Shown: positions 18,854 to 27,221 of the stretch, one piece after another
Numbering within the stretch: position 1 is the first letter of the stretch
Layout: each line of letters begins with the position of its first letter
Assembly (NCBI GenBank): GCA_963736115.1
Contig: CAVTNR010000004.1
Span: 1 to 44,012 of the forward strand
Direction: 5' to 3'
DNA from: an uncultured bacterium
GTDB lineage: Bacteria; Zhuqueibacterota; QNDG01; DTFT01
DNA length: 44,012 nucleotides
Made by a program: the position numbers and the translations under genes
The notes under the pieces: model-generated
Told to the model about the DNA's origin: nothing
Seen by the model: the letters and a program-made list of their open reading frames with translations, nothing else
Database searches by the model: none

Positions 18854-19659
18854 CGGCCGCCCCCCCGCAGGCCGCGGACTTTCAGCCCCGCTTCATGCCG
18901 TGTCGCGTCCTTGAGGCTCCGGACCAGGGCGGCGATGTTCTCGCCTTGCGCCGCGGCCCGGACGATTCGGCTTCCCACGATGACGCCGTCCGCAAGCCTT
19001 GAAAACCGTTTCACATGCTCCGGAGTGGAAACGCCGAATCCGACGGCCAGAGGCTTTTTCGTCTGCTTGCGCATGCGCCTGAGAAAGGATTCGGCGCCCG
19101 CGGCCACGGTGTTCCGGCTGCCCGTGGTCCCGGTAAGACTCACACAGTACACGAACCCGGACGATGCGGCTGCGATTTTCGCGAGACGGTCCGGGGGCGA
19201 TGTGGGAGCCGCGAGAAAAATCAGGTCCAGGCCGGCCTTGCGGCAGGCGACCGACCAATCGCCGGCTTCATCGGCCGGAAGATCGGGGATGATCAAGCCT
19301 TCAAAGCCCGCGGCTTTGAGCTCGCGGCACACCCGGTTCACGCCCCTGCGGTGGAGCGGATTGAGATAGGACATCAGGATCAGCGGGACCCGTCCGTTCA
19401 TGGAACGGGCGGCGCCGAAAACCGTGTCAAGGTCGGCCCCGTTTGCCAGCCCGATGTTCGATGCTTGCTGGATCACGGGCCCGTCCGCGATCGGGTCCGA
19501 GAACGGAAGGCCGATCTCGATGAAGTCGGCGCCGTTCTCCGCGAGCGTGCGCATGTTTTCGAGGAATTTTTCAATCGTCGGGTGGCCGGCCATGAGATAG
19601 GCCACGAGTCCGGCCTCGTTCCTGAACCGGAGTTCCTTCCATTTCTCGGACAGCGTCAT
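18850..19659 (-). CDS. trpA: Tryptophan synthase alpha chain
   Basis: [41 protein letters not shown]. Confidence 0.96.
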   Translation of the reverse strand: MTLSEKWKELRFRNEAGLVAYLMAGHPTIEKFLENMRTLAENGADFIEIGLPFSDPIADGPVIQQASNIGLANGADLDTVFGAARSMNGRVPLILMSYLNPLHRRGVNRVCRELKAAGFEGLIIPDLPADEAGDWSVACRKAGLDLIFLAAPTSPPDRLAKIAAASSGFVYCVSLTGTTGSRNTVAAGAESFLRRMRKQTKKPLAVGFGVSTPEHVKRFSRLADGVIVGSRIVRAAAQGENIAALVRSLKDATRHEAGLKVRGLRGGGR

Positions 19660-20882
19660 AACCGGCCTCCCGCGATGTCGAGGTCCTTGTCTCCCCGGCC
19701 GGACAGGTTCACGACCAGAATGCGGCCCGGTGTTTGACTGGAGATTCGGAGCGCGTAGGCCAGGGCGTGGCTGCTTTCGAGCGCGGGCAGTATGCCCTCC
19801 AGCTCGGACATGCGATGGAAGGCCTCGAGCGCCGCGTCGTCCGGAACCGATGTGTACCGGATGCGGCCCGAATCCTTCAGAAAGGCATGCTCCGGTCCCA
19901 CTCCGGGGTAATCCAGGCCCGCGGATATGGAATGCGTGGGAAGCACCTGTCCCTTCGCGTCCTGCAGGAGATAGCTCAATGCGCCGTGCAGAATACCCGG
20001 CTGTCCGTGGCAGAGCGTGGCGCCGTGCCGGCCGGGCTGCCGGCCGCGGCCGCCCGCCTCGACGCCGACCATGGAGACGTTCGTATTCAGAAATGGGTGA
20101 AACAGCCCCATGGCGTTGCTTCCCCCGCCCACGCAGGCCACCAGCAGGTCGGGCAGGCGGCCCTCCTCCTTCAGAATCTGCCGTTTCGCCTCGAGACCGA
20201 TGACGGACTGGAAATCACGTACCATCAGCGGATACGGATGGGGACCGACCACGGACCCGATGCAGTAATAGGTGTCCCGCACGGCCGTCACCCAGTCGCG
20301 CATCGCTTCGTTGATCGCGTCCTTCAGAGTGCGGGTGCCGGATTCGACCGGAACGACCTCGGCGCCGAGCAGCTGCATCCGGTACACGTTCATGGCCTGA
20401 CGCCGGACGTCGTCGCTGCCCATGTACACCGTGCATTTCAATCCGAACAGCGCGCAGGCCGTGGCCGTAGCCACGCCGTGCTGGCCCGCGCCGGTTTCGG
20501 CTATCACCCGGCGCTTGCCCATGCGCCTGGCCAGGAGAACCTGGCCGACGGTGTTGTTGATCTTATGCGCGCCCGTGTGGCAGAGATCCTCGCGCTTGAG
20601 ATACATCCGCGTTTCCAAGTGCCGGTTCCGGCGCGTTTTCCCGGACGAAGGGACGGGTGCCTTCCCTGTTCCGGCTGGAAAACGGAGCACGCGGGTCAGG
20701 GGTGTGGGACGGCCCACGGTGTTCCGGAGCAGGTCCCCGAGCTCCCGCCGGAACGCGCGGTCCCGCCGTATGGCGCGGTAAGCGCGGTCCAGTTCGTCGA
20801 GCGCCGGGAATACGGTGTCCGGGACATAACGGCCGCCGTAGTTTCCGAAATAACCCCGGCGGTCCGGCTGGGATGGAATCAT
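19656..20882 (-). CDS. trpB: Tryptophan synthase beta chain
   Basis: [29 protein letters not shown] (PLP lysine), [34 protein letters not shown]. Confidence 0.97.
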   Translation of the reverse strand: MIPSQPDRRGYFGNYGGRYVPDTVFPALDELDRAYRAIRRDRAFRRELGDLLRNTVGRPTPLTRVLRFPAGTGKAPVPSSGKTRRNRHLETRMYLKREDLCHTGAHKINNTVGQVLLARRMGKRRVIAETGAGQHGVATATACALFGLKCTVYMGSDDVRRQAMNVYRMQLLGAEVVPVESGTRTLKDAINEAMRDWVTAVRDTYYCIGSVVGPHPYPLMVRDFQSVIGLEAKRQILKEEGRLPDLLVACVGGGSNAMGLFHPFLNTNVSMVGVEAGGRGRQPGRHGATLCHGQPGILHGALSYLLQDAKGQVLPTHSISAGLDYPGVGPEHAFLKDSGRIRYTSVPDDAALEAFHRMSELEGILPALESSHALAYALRISSQTPGRILVVNLSGRGDKDLDIAGGRL

Positions 20883-21559
20883 CTGGCCTCCGAAATAAAA
20901 CGCTTCATTTTTTCAAAATCCTTCAATCCGGACGCCTGCTCCACGCCCGTGGACACGTCCACGGCCGCGGGGTTCAGTAGCGTGACGGCCCGCTTCACAT
21001 TGTCCGGCGTCAATCCACCCGCGAGCCAGAAGGGACGGTTCAGGCCCCGGCTCAAAGGCTGGGGCAAGCCCCGGCTCAAAGGCTGGGGCAAGCCCCGGCT
21101 CAAAGGCCGGGACAAGCCCCGAAACCGGTCCCAGTCGAAAGGGACTCCGTCTCCCGCCCCTGGATCGAGAAGCGGGACCGCATCGCCGCAATCATCCATC
21201 CTGCGGCCGATGGAAACTGCGTCGTCTCCGGGGCGGACGGGAATGCGCCGGATCAGGCGGAACCGGCCCGCAAGTACGGAACAACCTGCGGGATTGTTTT
21301 CCCCGTGTATCTGGACGGTACGGATGCCCGCGGTCTCAGCGGCGCGGGCCGCTTCTTCCTCCGCTTCATCCCGGAAAACGGCGACCGGAATCACGGGTCC
21401 GGGCAATTTCGCGACGATGCGGCCTGCTTCATCGGGCGTGATCCTGCGTCTGGACCTCGTGAACACGAATCCAAGATAGTCCGCGCCGAGCCCGGCCGCG
21501 GCGAGCGCATCGTCGAGGTTCGTGATGCCGCAGATCTTTATTTTCAATTCAGGGTTCAT
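20879..21559 (-). CDS. trpF: Phosphoribosylanthranilate isomerase carrying an in-frame tandem repeat
   Basis: [40 protein letters not shown]. Confidence 0.93.
   Translation of the reverse strand: MNPELKIKICGITNLDDALAAAGLGADYLGFVFTRSRRRITPDEAGRIVAKLPGPVIPVAVFRDEAEEEAARAAETAGIRTVQIHGENNPAGCSVLAGRFRLIRRIPVRPGDDAVSIGRRMDDCGDAVPLLDPGAGDGVPFDWDRFRGLSRPLSRGLPQPLSRGLPQPLSRGLNRPFWLAGGLTPDNVKRAVTLLNPAAVDVSTGVEQASGLKDFEKMKRFISEAR
21044..21120. repeat. 24-bp tandem repeat (3 copies plus partial) inside trpF
   Basis: GCCCCGGCTCAAAGGCTGGGGCAA at 21044, 21068 and, slightly diverged, 21092; encodes PLSRGLPQ units. Confidence 0.92.
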
Positions 21560-21580
21560 CTTTTCGTGTTCGTCTTTGAC

Positions 21581-21710
21581 AGTTCATTGTTCATGGTTCA
21601 TAGTTCATGGTTCGGATTTTAAAGATAAAAAGAGATTTGTCGGCATTTCCTATTTTTATTAACTATGAACCATGAACAATGAACTATGAACATATTTCCC
21701 CATGAACTAT
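21581..21710. repeat. Inverted arrays of heptamer tandem repeats (ATGAACY) between trpC and trpF
   Basis: AGTTCATTGTTCATGGTTCATAGTT (21581-21605) is the exact reverse complement of AACTATGAACCATGAACAATGAACT (21661-21685). Confidence 0.85.
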
Positions 21711-22483
21711 TGTATCCTCGCGAGCTCCCCGAGCAGCCCCGGTTTCCGAATAACCGCCTCCCCCACCAGTATCGCGTCATACCCCGCCTCCCGGAGCCGC
21801 CGGGCGTCGTCCGCCGACCGGATGCCGCTTTCCGCCACCTTGGTCACGGAATCCGGAAGCGACGACGCCATTTCGAGCGAGACCGAGAGATCCGTTTCGA
21901 GCGTGTCCAGATCCCGGTTGTTCACGCCGATGATCGAAGCGCCTGCGGCCACGGCTTCGTCGAGCTCCTTCCGGTTCCGGATCTCGACGAGGCAGGTCAT
22001 CCCTGCCGATAACGCGGACCGGTGCAGGTCTGCCAGCCGCTCCGGGGACAGGATTCGGGCGATGAGGAGAATCGCGTCAGCTCCTGCTTCGCGGGACTGC
22101 AGGATCTGGATTTCGTCGATGATGAACTCCTTGCGCAGAACGGGGAGTCCGCAGGCGGATCCAGCCTTCCGCATATCCTCGATGTCCCCCCCGAAGTACA
22201 CGCTGTCCGTCAGCACGGAAACGGCTCTGGCGCCGGCCTTCGCGTAATCAACGGCCGTGACCGCCGGGTTCAAATCCGCCTGCAATTCACCCGCGGACGG
22301 AGATTTCCGTTTCATCTCCGCGATCACGGACAGTCCGGCCGCGTCCATAGCGCCTTTGAAGTCCCTGATCGGTTTACGGGAGCGCACGCCGTCAGTCGTG
22401 CTTTTACCGGACGATGACGATGCCCGTTTCAGCAGGCGGATTTCCTCCCGCTTGGCCGCGAGCAGTTCTTCCAGTCTGAACAT
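21707..22483 (-). CDS. trpC: Indole-3-glycerol phosphate synthase
   Basis: IAEMKRKSPSAG, SVLTD, PVLRKEFI, GADAILLI, IGVNNRDL, VAESGI, LVGEA; start reassigned to MFRLEELL (22483). Confidence 0.94.
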   Translation of the reverse strand: MFRLEELLAAKREEIRLLKRASSSSGKSTTDGVRSRKPIRDFKGAMDAAGLSVIAEMKRKSPSAGELQADLNPAVTAVDYAKAGARAVSVLTDSVYFGGDIEDMRKAGSACGLPVLRKEFIIDEIQILQSREAGADAILLIARILSPERLADLHRSALSAGMTCLVEIRNRKELDEAVAAGASIIGVNNRDLDTLETDLSVSLEMASSLPDSVTKVAESGIRSADDARRLREAGYDAILVGEAVIRKPGLLGELARIQ

Positions 22484-22488
22484 ACGGC

Positions 22489-23505
22489 TCAGGCGCCCCC
22501 GCTGATGCGCTTCATGCATTCCAGCTTCTCGAGGGCCCGTCCGGAATCGATGGATTCCGCTGCCATCCGGATGCCGTCCGCGATAGTCGGCGCCACGCCC
22601 GCCACGTAAGCGACCGCGCCGCCGTTCAGCAGAACCATGTCGCGCGCCGCGCCTTTCTTCCCCTTCAGCACGTCCATCGCGATAACCGAGTTGGCCTGCG
22701 CGTCGCCTCCGATCAGCGATTCCCGGCTTGCCCGGTTGAGCCCGAAATCTTCGGGACGCACGGTGAAGGACCGGATCCGGCCTTCCTTCAGCTCCGTGAC
22801 GGCCGTTGGACCGGTGAGCGTGATTTCATCCAGCCCGTCCTCCCCGTGCACGACGAGCACATGCTCCGAGCCAAGCTTTTTCAGGACGCCGGCCACGGTT
22901 TCGGTCATGGCTCCGTCAAACACGCCGATGAGCTGGCGCCTGGCGCCGGCCGGGTTGGTCAGGGGGCCGAGAATATTGAAAATTGTCCTGACACCGATTT
23001 CCCGCCTGGGTCCGACCGCGTGCTTCATGGCCGGATGCAGAGCCGGCGCGAACAGGAAACCGATTCCATTTTCGTCGATGCAGGCTGAAACGGTTTCGGG
23101 CGGCGCGTCGATTTTCACGCCCAGCGCCAAAAACAGGTCCGCGCTTCCGCATTGGCTGGACACGGAACGGTTCCCATGCTTGGCAACGCGGCATCCGGCG
23201 CCCGCTGCCGCGAGGGCCGCGAGCGTGGACACGTTGAACGTGCCGGAACTGTCCCCGCCCGTGCCGCACGTGTCCACGAGCCCGTCCCTGAGGCATCTCA
23301 CCGGGGTCGCTGCTTCGCGCATGGCGCGGGCGAAGCCCGTGATTTCGTCCTCGGTCTCGCCCTTCATGCGGAGCGCCACGAGCAGGGCGGCGATCTGCGC
23401 GCCGGTCGCCTCGCCCTTCATGATGGCCGTGGCCGCCTGGTGGGCTTCTGCCTCGGTGAGGGATTCGGACCGCATCGCCTTGCCGATCGATTCCTTGATT
23501 GCCAT
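22489..23505 (-). CDS. trpD: Anthranilate phosphoribosyltransferase
   Basis: DTCGTGGD, FNVST, VAKHGNRSVSS, HPAMK, RTIFNILGPLTNP, GLDEI. Confidence 0.96.
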   Translation of the reverse strand: MAIKESIGKAMRSESLTEAEAHQAATAIMKGEATGAQIAALLVALRMKGETEDEITGFARAMREAATPVRCLRDGLVDTCGTGGDSSGTFNVSTLAALAAAGAGCRVAKHGNRSVSSQCGSADLFLALGVKIDAPPETVSACIDENGIGFLFAPALHPAMKHAVGPRREIGVRTIFNILGPLTNPAGARRQLIGVFDGAMTETVAGVLKKLGSEHVLVVHGEDGLDEITLTGPTAVTELKEGRIRSFTVRPEDFGLNRASRESLIGGDAQANSVIAMDVLKGKKGAARDMVLLNGGAVAYVAGVAPTIADGIRMAAESIDSGRALEKLECMKRISGGA

Positions 23506-23586
23506 AACCGGTTCCCTTCTGTCTGCGATTCCGCTTTCTTCTCTGTCGCCCGGGTGCCCGGGCGTCGTGAAAACGCTCTCTCCCTG

Positions 23587-23618
23587 AAAAATAAAAACCG
23601 CGGGGTTTGTCCCGCGGT
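23587..23618 (-). terminator. trp attenuator terminator hairpin
   Basis: Minus strand ACCGCGGG-ACAAAC-CCCGCGGT followed by TTTTATTTTT, lying between the leader peptide and trpD. Confidence 0.85.
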
Positions 23619-23688
23619 CCTGGTCGTTATTTGAATAGGGGCGGGATGCATCCGATGGTCCCGTCCCGGATCGGCTTTCATGCGCCGT

Positions 23689-23742
23689 TCAGGGAGGGCT
23701 TCCTATGCCTTGCCACAACCATTTATTCAAGTTTTGAATCAT
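23689..23742 (-). CDS. trpL: trp operon leader peptide MIQNLNKWLWQGIGSPP
   Basis: 17-codon ORF with two Trp codons (W-L-W), directly after the promoter and before the terminator and trpD. Confidence 0.8.
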   Translation of the reverse strand: MIQNLNKWLWQGIGSPP

Positions 23743-23787
23743 TGCCGTCTTTTCCGTTTCGGGATAATTGTTACTATAAGTAGAAAC

Positions 23788-23816
23788 AATATAGCATAGA
23801 AAAAGGCGCTTGTCAA
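23788..23816 (-). promoter_or_regulatory. trp operon sigma70 promoter
   Basis: Minus strand TTGACA-17 nt-TATATT with an extended -10 TG. Confidence 0.75.
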
Positions 23817-23863
23817 GCGCAAAATAACATTTTATCGATTGACGAAACGGATAATGTAAGTTC

Positions 23864-23945
23864 CATAGTTCATGGTTCATAGTTAAAGAGGGGACAGGGA
23901 AACTGCCAATCCCAGTTTCCAACCATGAACTATGAACTATGAACT
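23864..23945. repeat. Second inverted heptamer-repeat array (ATGAACY)
   Basis: CATAGTTCATGGTTCATAGTT (23864-23884) facing AACCATGAACTATGAACTATGAACT (23921-23945). Confidence 0.8.
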
Positions 23946-23957
23946 TTTTCACCCGCC

Positions 23958-26933
23958 TCACCGCATCAGCGCGCACTTTCGCACTTGACTGAAACCGCCG
24001 GCTTCGACGCGGAGAAAATATACGCCGGAAGCGAGCCCGTCCGCCTGCCATGGGATGCGGTGCGGCCCGGCAGGCAGATTCGGAACCGTCCAGGCCTGAA
24101 TTTCCCTGCCGAGCGGATCGAATACGGCCATGCGCACATCCCCGCCTGCGGGAAGCCCGATTTCGAGCATGGTCACGGCATTGAAAGGATTGGGATAGGG
24201 CGGCATCATCGCGAAACCGGCCGGCGTCCCGTCCGGTGTGGCAGGGCCGTGGACGGACGACGGAGCGGCCTGAAACTTCATGTCGTCGAATACCAGACTG
24301 CCGCTTCCGGACCCCGCGTTCCCCATCGTCACATTCAGGCCGATCCGGGTGAGCGCGGCCGTGTTCGGCCTGGCGATTCCGACATTCGGCGCGAACGCGT
24401 CGAGCGGAAGGGTCACGGTCTCTGGATCCGTCCCGTTCAGAACCCGGTCCGCGTACCAGTACTTTGTGTCCGTCTCCTGAAGCCGGATGTGCAGGGTGCG
24501 ACCTGATCCGTCCGGCTTGAGCCAGAAGCGGAGCGAACCGATGCGGCTCAAATCCCCGGAAAGCGCCCGGGAAAGGCCCGCGTAGGAAAGACTGCCGCCG
24601 CCCAGCGTGTACTCCATGCGCAGGCCGCTCCCGCCTTCGCCCGGATTGACCGTTTCCAGAAATGCAGCGGCAGTCGTGCCCTGCCGGACCGTCCAGGCGG
24701 CGCGCAGGTCTTCGTCCGATCCGTATTCCTCGAAATCGTCAATGCTCCCGAATTTCTGGATGACGATGTCCAGGGTGTCCGGCTGCAGCCCCTCCGAGGA
24801 GGCGGTCACTGTGCACACTCCGGACGCGCCGCCGGCGCGGAGGACGACGGAGGCGGTTCCCCCGGATGGAACCGCCGGGTTGGTGCCTTCCAGATTGCCG
24901 GGACCGGAAACCGTGAACAGCACCGGGCCGGCCGCGGTCGCGCAGAGCCGTCCGTCCCGGTCCAGGACAAAACAGGTGATCTCCGACGCATAGACCGGGT
25001 CGCTGAAAAGACGGCCCGGGTCCGCGGCCAGCGAGAGCCGGACGGGGACATTTCCGGCCTCGGCCCTGCGTATGACAAATGCCGCATCCGCACGTCCTTC
25101 GGGCAGTGCCGGACTCTCCGCGGCCAGCAAACCGGCCGCGGACAGGCGGATGTCCATGCCGACCGTATCGGCGGTCCACGTGTCCAGCCAGGTCACGCCA
25201 TAGGCGCCGTCGGACAGCCCGGTCAGCGTGAAACGCGAAGGCGTCAGCGCGGCGCCGTTCATCTGGCGGATCCACCCGAACGCGACCGAGTCGGCTTCGA
25301 GCGCATATCCGTCGCATCCTTCGACGGATGCGGAAGCGGCTGTCAGAGGCAGGTGGGCGTAGTCAAGGGTCCGACTCACGGTCGAGAACACCCTCATCTG
25401 CTCCAGGAGGTCAGGCGTAAAAATGGATTTGGTGCCGAAGTCCCACCACAGCGGAGCCGCTGCCAGACCCGATGCCCAGGTCACCCACAGGGCATTGTGG
25501 AACAGCCGCAGGTAATTTTCGGATCCGGCCGCATAGCCGCCGTAATTGTCGGTATGCCCCGCCTCCCCGAAAATGCCGGGTTTTTCGAAATCTTTACGGA
25601 AACGGGCCGCGATGTCCCCGTAAATCCACAGGCTGGAGCGCAGGGGATTGTTCGGAAAGCGCGCCACCCAGCTCCTTTCGTATAGATGGACGTTCGGCAG
25701 GTCGGAGACCCGATATCCGTCGGTCCAGTACTGGCCGCCGCCTTGAGACACCGTGGTGGGACGGCCATATGGATCGTTCTCCCGGAAAAACCGGTGCACC
25801 CGCTCCGTCCAGTCGAGTACATCCGCCCGGTCGTCGAACGCCCATCCGTCCGTACCGTTTATTTCGCAAACGCTTTCCCATGCCGCCAGGCTCCGGCTGT
25901 GCCCCCACCGGGCGATGAGGTACCGGTACTGGCTGATCTCGAAATCCCAGGCCGCGTCGCTCCAGAAGAATTCCGTGACGTCGCAGATCAGGTTGTAGGG
26001 ATTGATGTTCCAGGCCTTGGGCCATCCGGATACGTTCGCGCAGAGTAGGTCGTGCGGCCAGATGGAAAGAATCATGTGCAGACCCCGGGCTTCGGACCAT
26101 TCGAGAATCTGGTCGATGCGGCCGCATTTCGCCTGGTCGTACCGGCCCAGGCCCGAGGCCAAGGATTCAATGAGATTGCCCTCTCCGCCGTAGGTGATGT
26201 TCCAGTAGTAATAGAGATTGGCGCCGGATGCCTCAAGCTGGGCCAGACCCGTTGGGCCGTCGTTCACGCCCCAGGGATAAGAGGGTCCCACGCCGTAGAA
26301 GGAGGTTCCGTCGTCATGCATCAGGTAATGCGGATTGTCCGTGGAGACGCGTATCCAGCCGTGCAATGCGGAAGGCGCGGCGTCAAACCCGTATTCCGGG
26401 CTGGTTCCGGTCCCCGCCGGTGTTTTCGCCGTGATCGTGTACCGCCACCGTCCGGTCTCGTTCGGGGAGAACCGGACCTTCCATTGGTTCCGGTTCTGGA
26501 AATTGTCAAAAAACCCGAACACCGGCCAGACGCGTCCCGATGGAGAGATGAAAGAGGCGCGGACATCGATCTGCATCGGGTCGAAGGGATTCGAATAGGA
26601 TGCGTTCTGAAGGCTCAGCACGGTTTCGAATTTAGAGTACAGTCCGGGACGTGCCGTGTTGGTCTGAATGACGGACACGGAAGGCGGATCCGCCAGAAGC
26701 GGGGACGGATCCAACAGTGCCTGTCCGGCCCACAGGACCGTCAGCGCGATTCCAACCAGTCGATTGAAGCTCCCCGCCGCCCGCTGCGCGGGATCAAGCA
26801 ATTGGATTTTTGAATTATTGAAGACAAGCGGCGGGGAATCTTCTATCTGTAGAGAAGAGACATCTGATATTCGCTCGCTTACCCCGCGGCAAGCCGCGGG
26901 GAATAAGCTCGCGATCAGATTCCGTGTGTGCAT
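23958..26933 (-). CDS. Secreted modular glycoside hydrolase: DUF5060-like + clan GH-A (GH5-like) barrel + Ig-like + CBM11/CIA30-like + T9SS type A domain
   Basis: YSNPFDP...WKVRFSPNETGRWRY; YLIARWG..LAAWESVCE and KPGIFGEAG (two catalytic Glu positions); IDDFEEY...LRFWLKPDGSG; PYPNPFNAVT...LASGVYF. Start set at MHTR behind AGAAGGGAAG. Confidence 0.8.
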   Translation of the reverse strand: MHTRNLIASLFPAACRGVSERISDVSSLQIEDSPPLVFNNSKIQLLDPAQRAAGSFNRLVGIALTVLWAGQALLDPSPLLADPPSVSVIQTNTARPGLYSKFETVLSLQNASYSNPFDPMQIDVRASFISPSGRVWPVFGFFDNFQNRNQWKVRFSPNETGRWRYTITAKTPAGTGTSPEYGFDAAPSALHGWIRVSTDNPHYLMHDDGTSFYGVGPSYPWGVNDGPTGLAQLEASGANLYYYWNITYGGEGNLIESLASGLGRYDQAKCGRIDQILEWSEARGLHMILSIWPHDLLCANVSGWPKAWNINPYNLICDVTEFFWSDAAWDFEISQYRYLIARWGHSRSLAAWESVCEINGTDGWAFDDRADVLDWTERVHRFFRENDPYGRPTTVSQGGGQYWTDGYRVSDLPNVHLYERSWVARFPNNPLRSSLWIYGDIAARFRKDFEKPGIFGEAGHTDNYGGYAAGSENYLRLFHNALWVTWASGLAAAPLWWDFGTKSIFTPDLLEQMRVFSTVSRTLDYAHLPLTAASASVEGCDGYALEADSVAFGWIRQMNGAALTPSRFTLTGLSDGAYGVTWLDTWTADTVGMDIRLSAAGLLAAESPALPEGRADAAFVIRRAEAGNVPVRLSLAADPGRLFSDPVYASEITCFVLDRDGRLCATAAGPVLFTVSGPGNLEGTNPAVPSGGTASVVLRAGGASGVCTVTASSEGLQPDTLDIVIQKFGSIDDFEEYGSDEDLRAAWTVRQGTTAAAFLETVNPGEGGSGLRMEYTLGGGSLSYAGLSRALSGDLSRIGSLRFWLKPDGSGRTLHIRLQETDTKYWYADRVLNGTDPETVTLPLDAFAPNVGIARPNTAALTRIGLNVTMGNAGSGSGSLVFDDMKFQAAPSSVHGPATPDGTPAGFAMMPPYPNPFNAVTMLEIGLPAGGDVRMAVFDPLGREIQAWTVPNLPAGPHRIPWQADGLASGVYFLRVEAGGFSQVRKCALMR
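26763..26922. mobile_element. Composite palindromic (REP/MITE-like) element inside the 5' end of the hydrolase gene
   Basis: TCCCCGCCGC(26771)...GCGGCGGGGA(26837) enclosing CCCGC-TGC-GCGGG and an AT-rich stretch; second palindrome CCCCGCGGC-AA-GCCGCGGGG (26882-26901) flanked by GCTCGC motifs. Confidence 0.6.
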
Positions 26934-27153
26934 GATCGCTTCCCTTCTGGATACGAATCCTTGAAGCCGACTGCCTTGAAAGGCATTCAAGCGGATTGCG
27001 CCGCTTACCCGCCAGGAGGCCCTTCATGGGCAAAGCAGGAGGGTGGGTCTCAGGGCGACATTTCCCGGTTCGGAACGACCGTGGGAACCGGATGTCCAAC
27101 TGGCGGATAGTGTATCATTAAACGCTTTACGCCTTGCGCTTTGCGCCGGGCCG

Positions 27154-27197
27154 AACGGAAGGGGCAACCCGGCTCCGCCGGATTGCCCCTTCCCGTT
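27154..27197 (-). terminator. Strong hairpin after the multi-CBM gene (terminator or stabiliser; poor U-tract)
   Basis: GGAAGGGGCAA / TTGCCCCTTCC inverted repeat with inner CCGG/CCGG. Confidence 0.5.
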
Positions 27198-27221
27198 AGA
27201 CTTGATACGGACAATGCCCGT

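Noticed and set aside
21044-21120. 24-bp palindromic repeats as a mini CRISPR array
   Set aside because: Units are directly adjacent with no spacers, lie in frame within trpF, and no cas genes are present.
23510-23790. T-box or TRAP-type control of the trp operon
   Set aside because: No T-box consensus (AAGGTGGTACC-like) or NAG-repeat tract seen; the leader peptide plus terminator explain the region.
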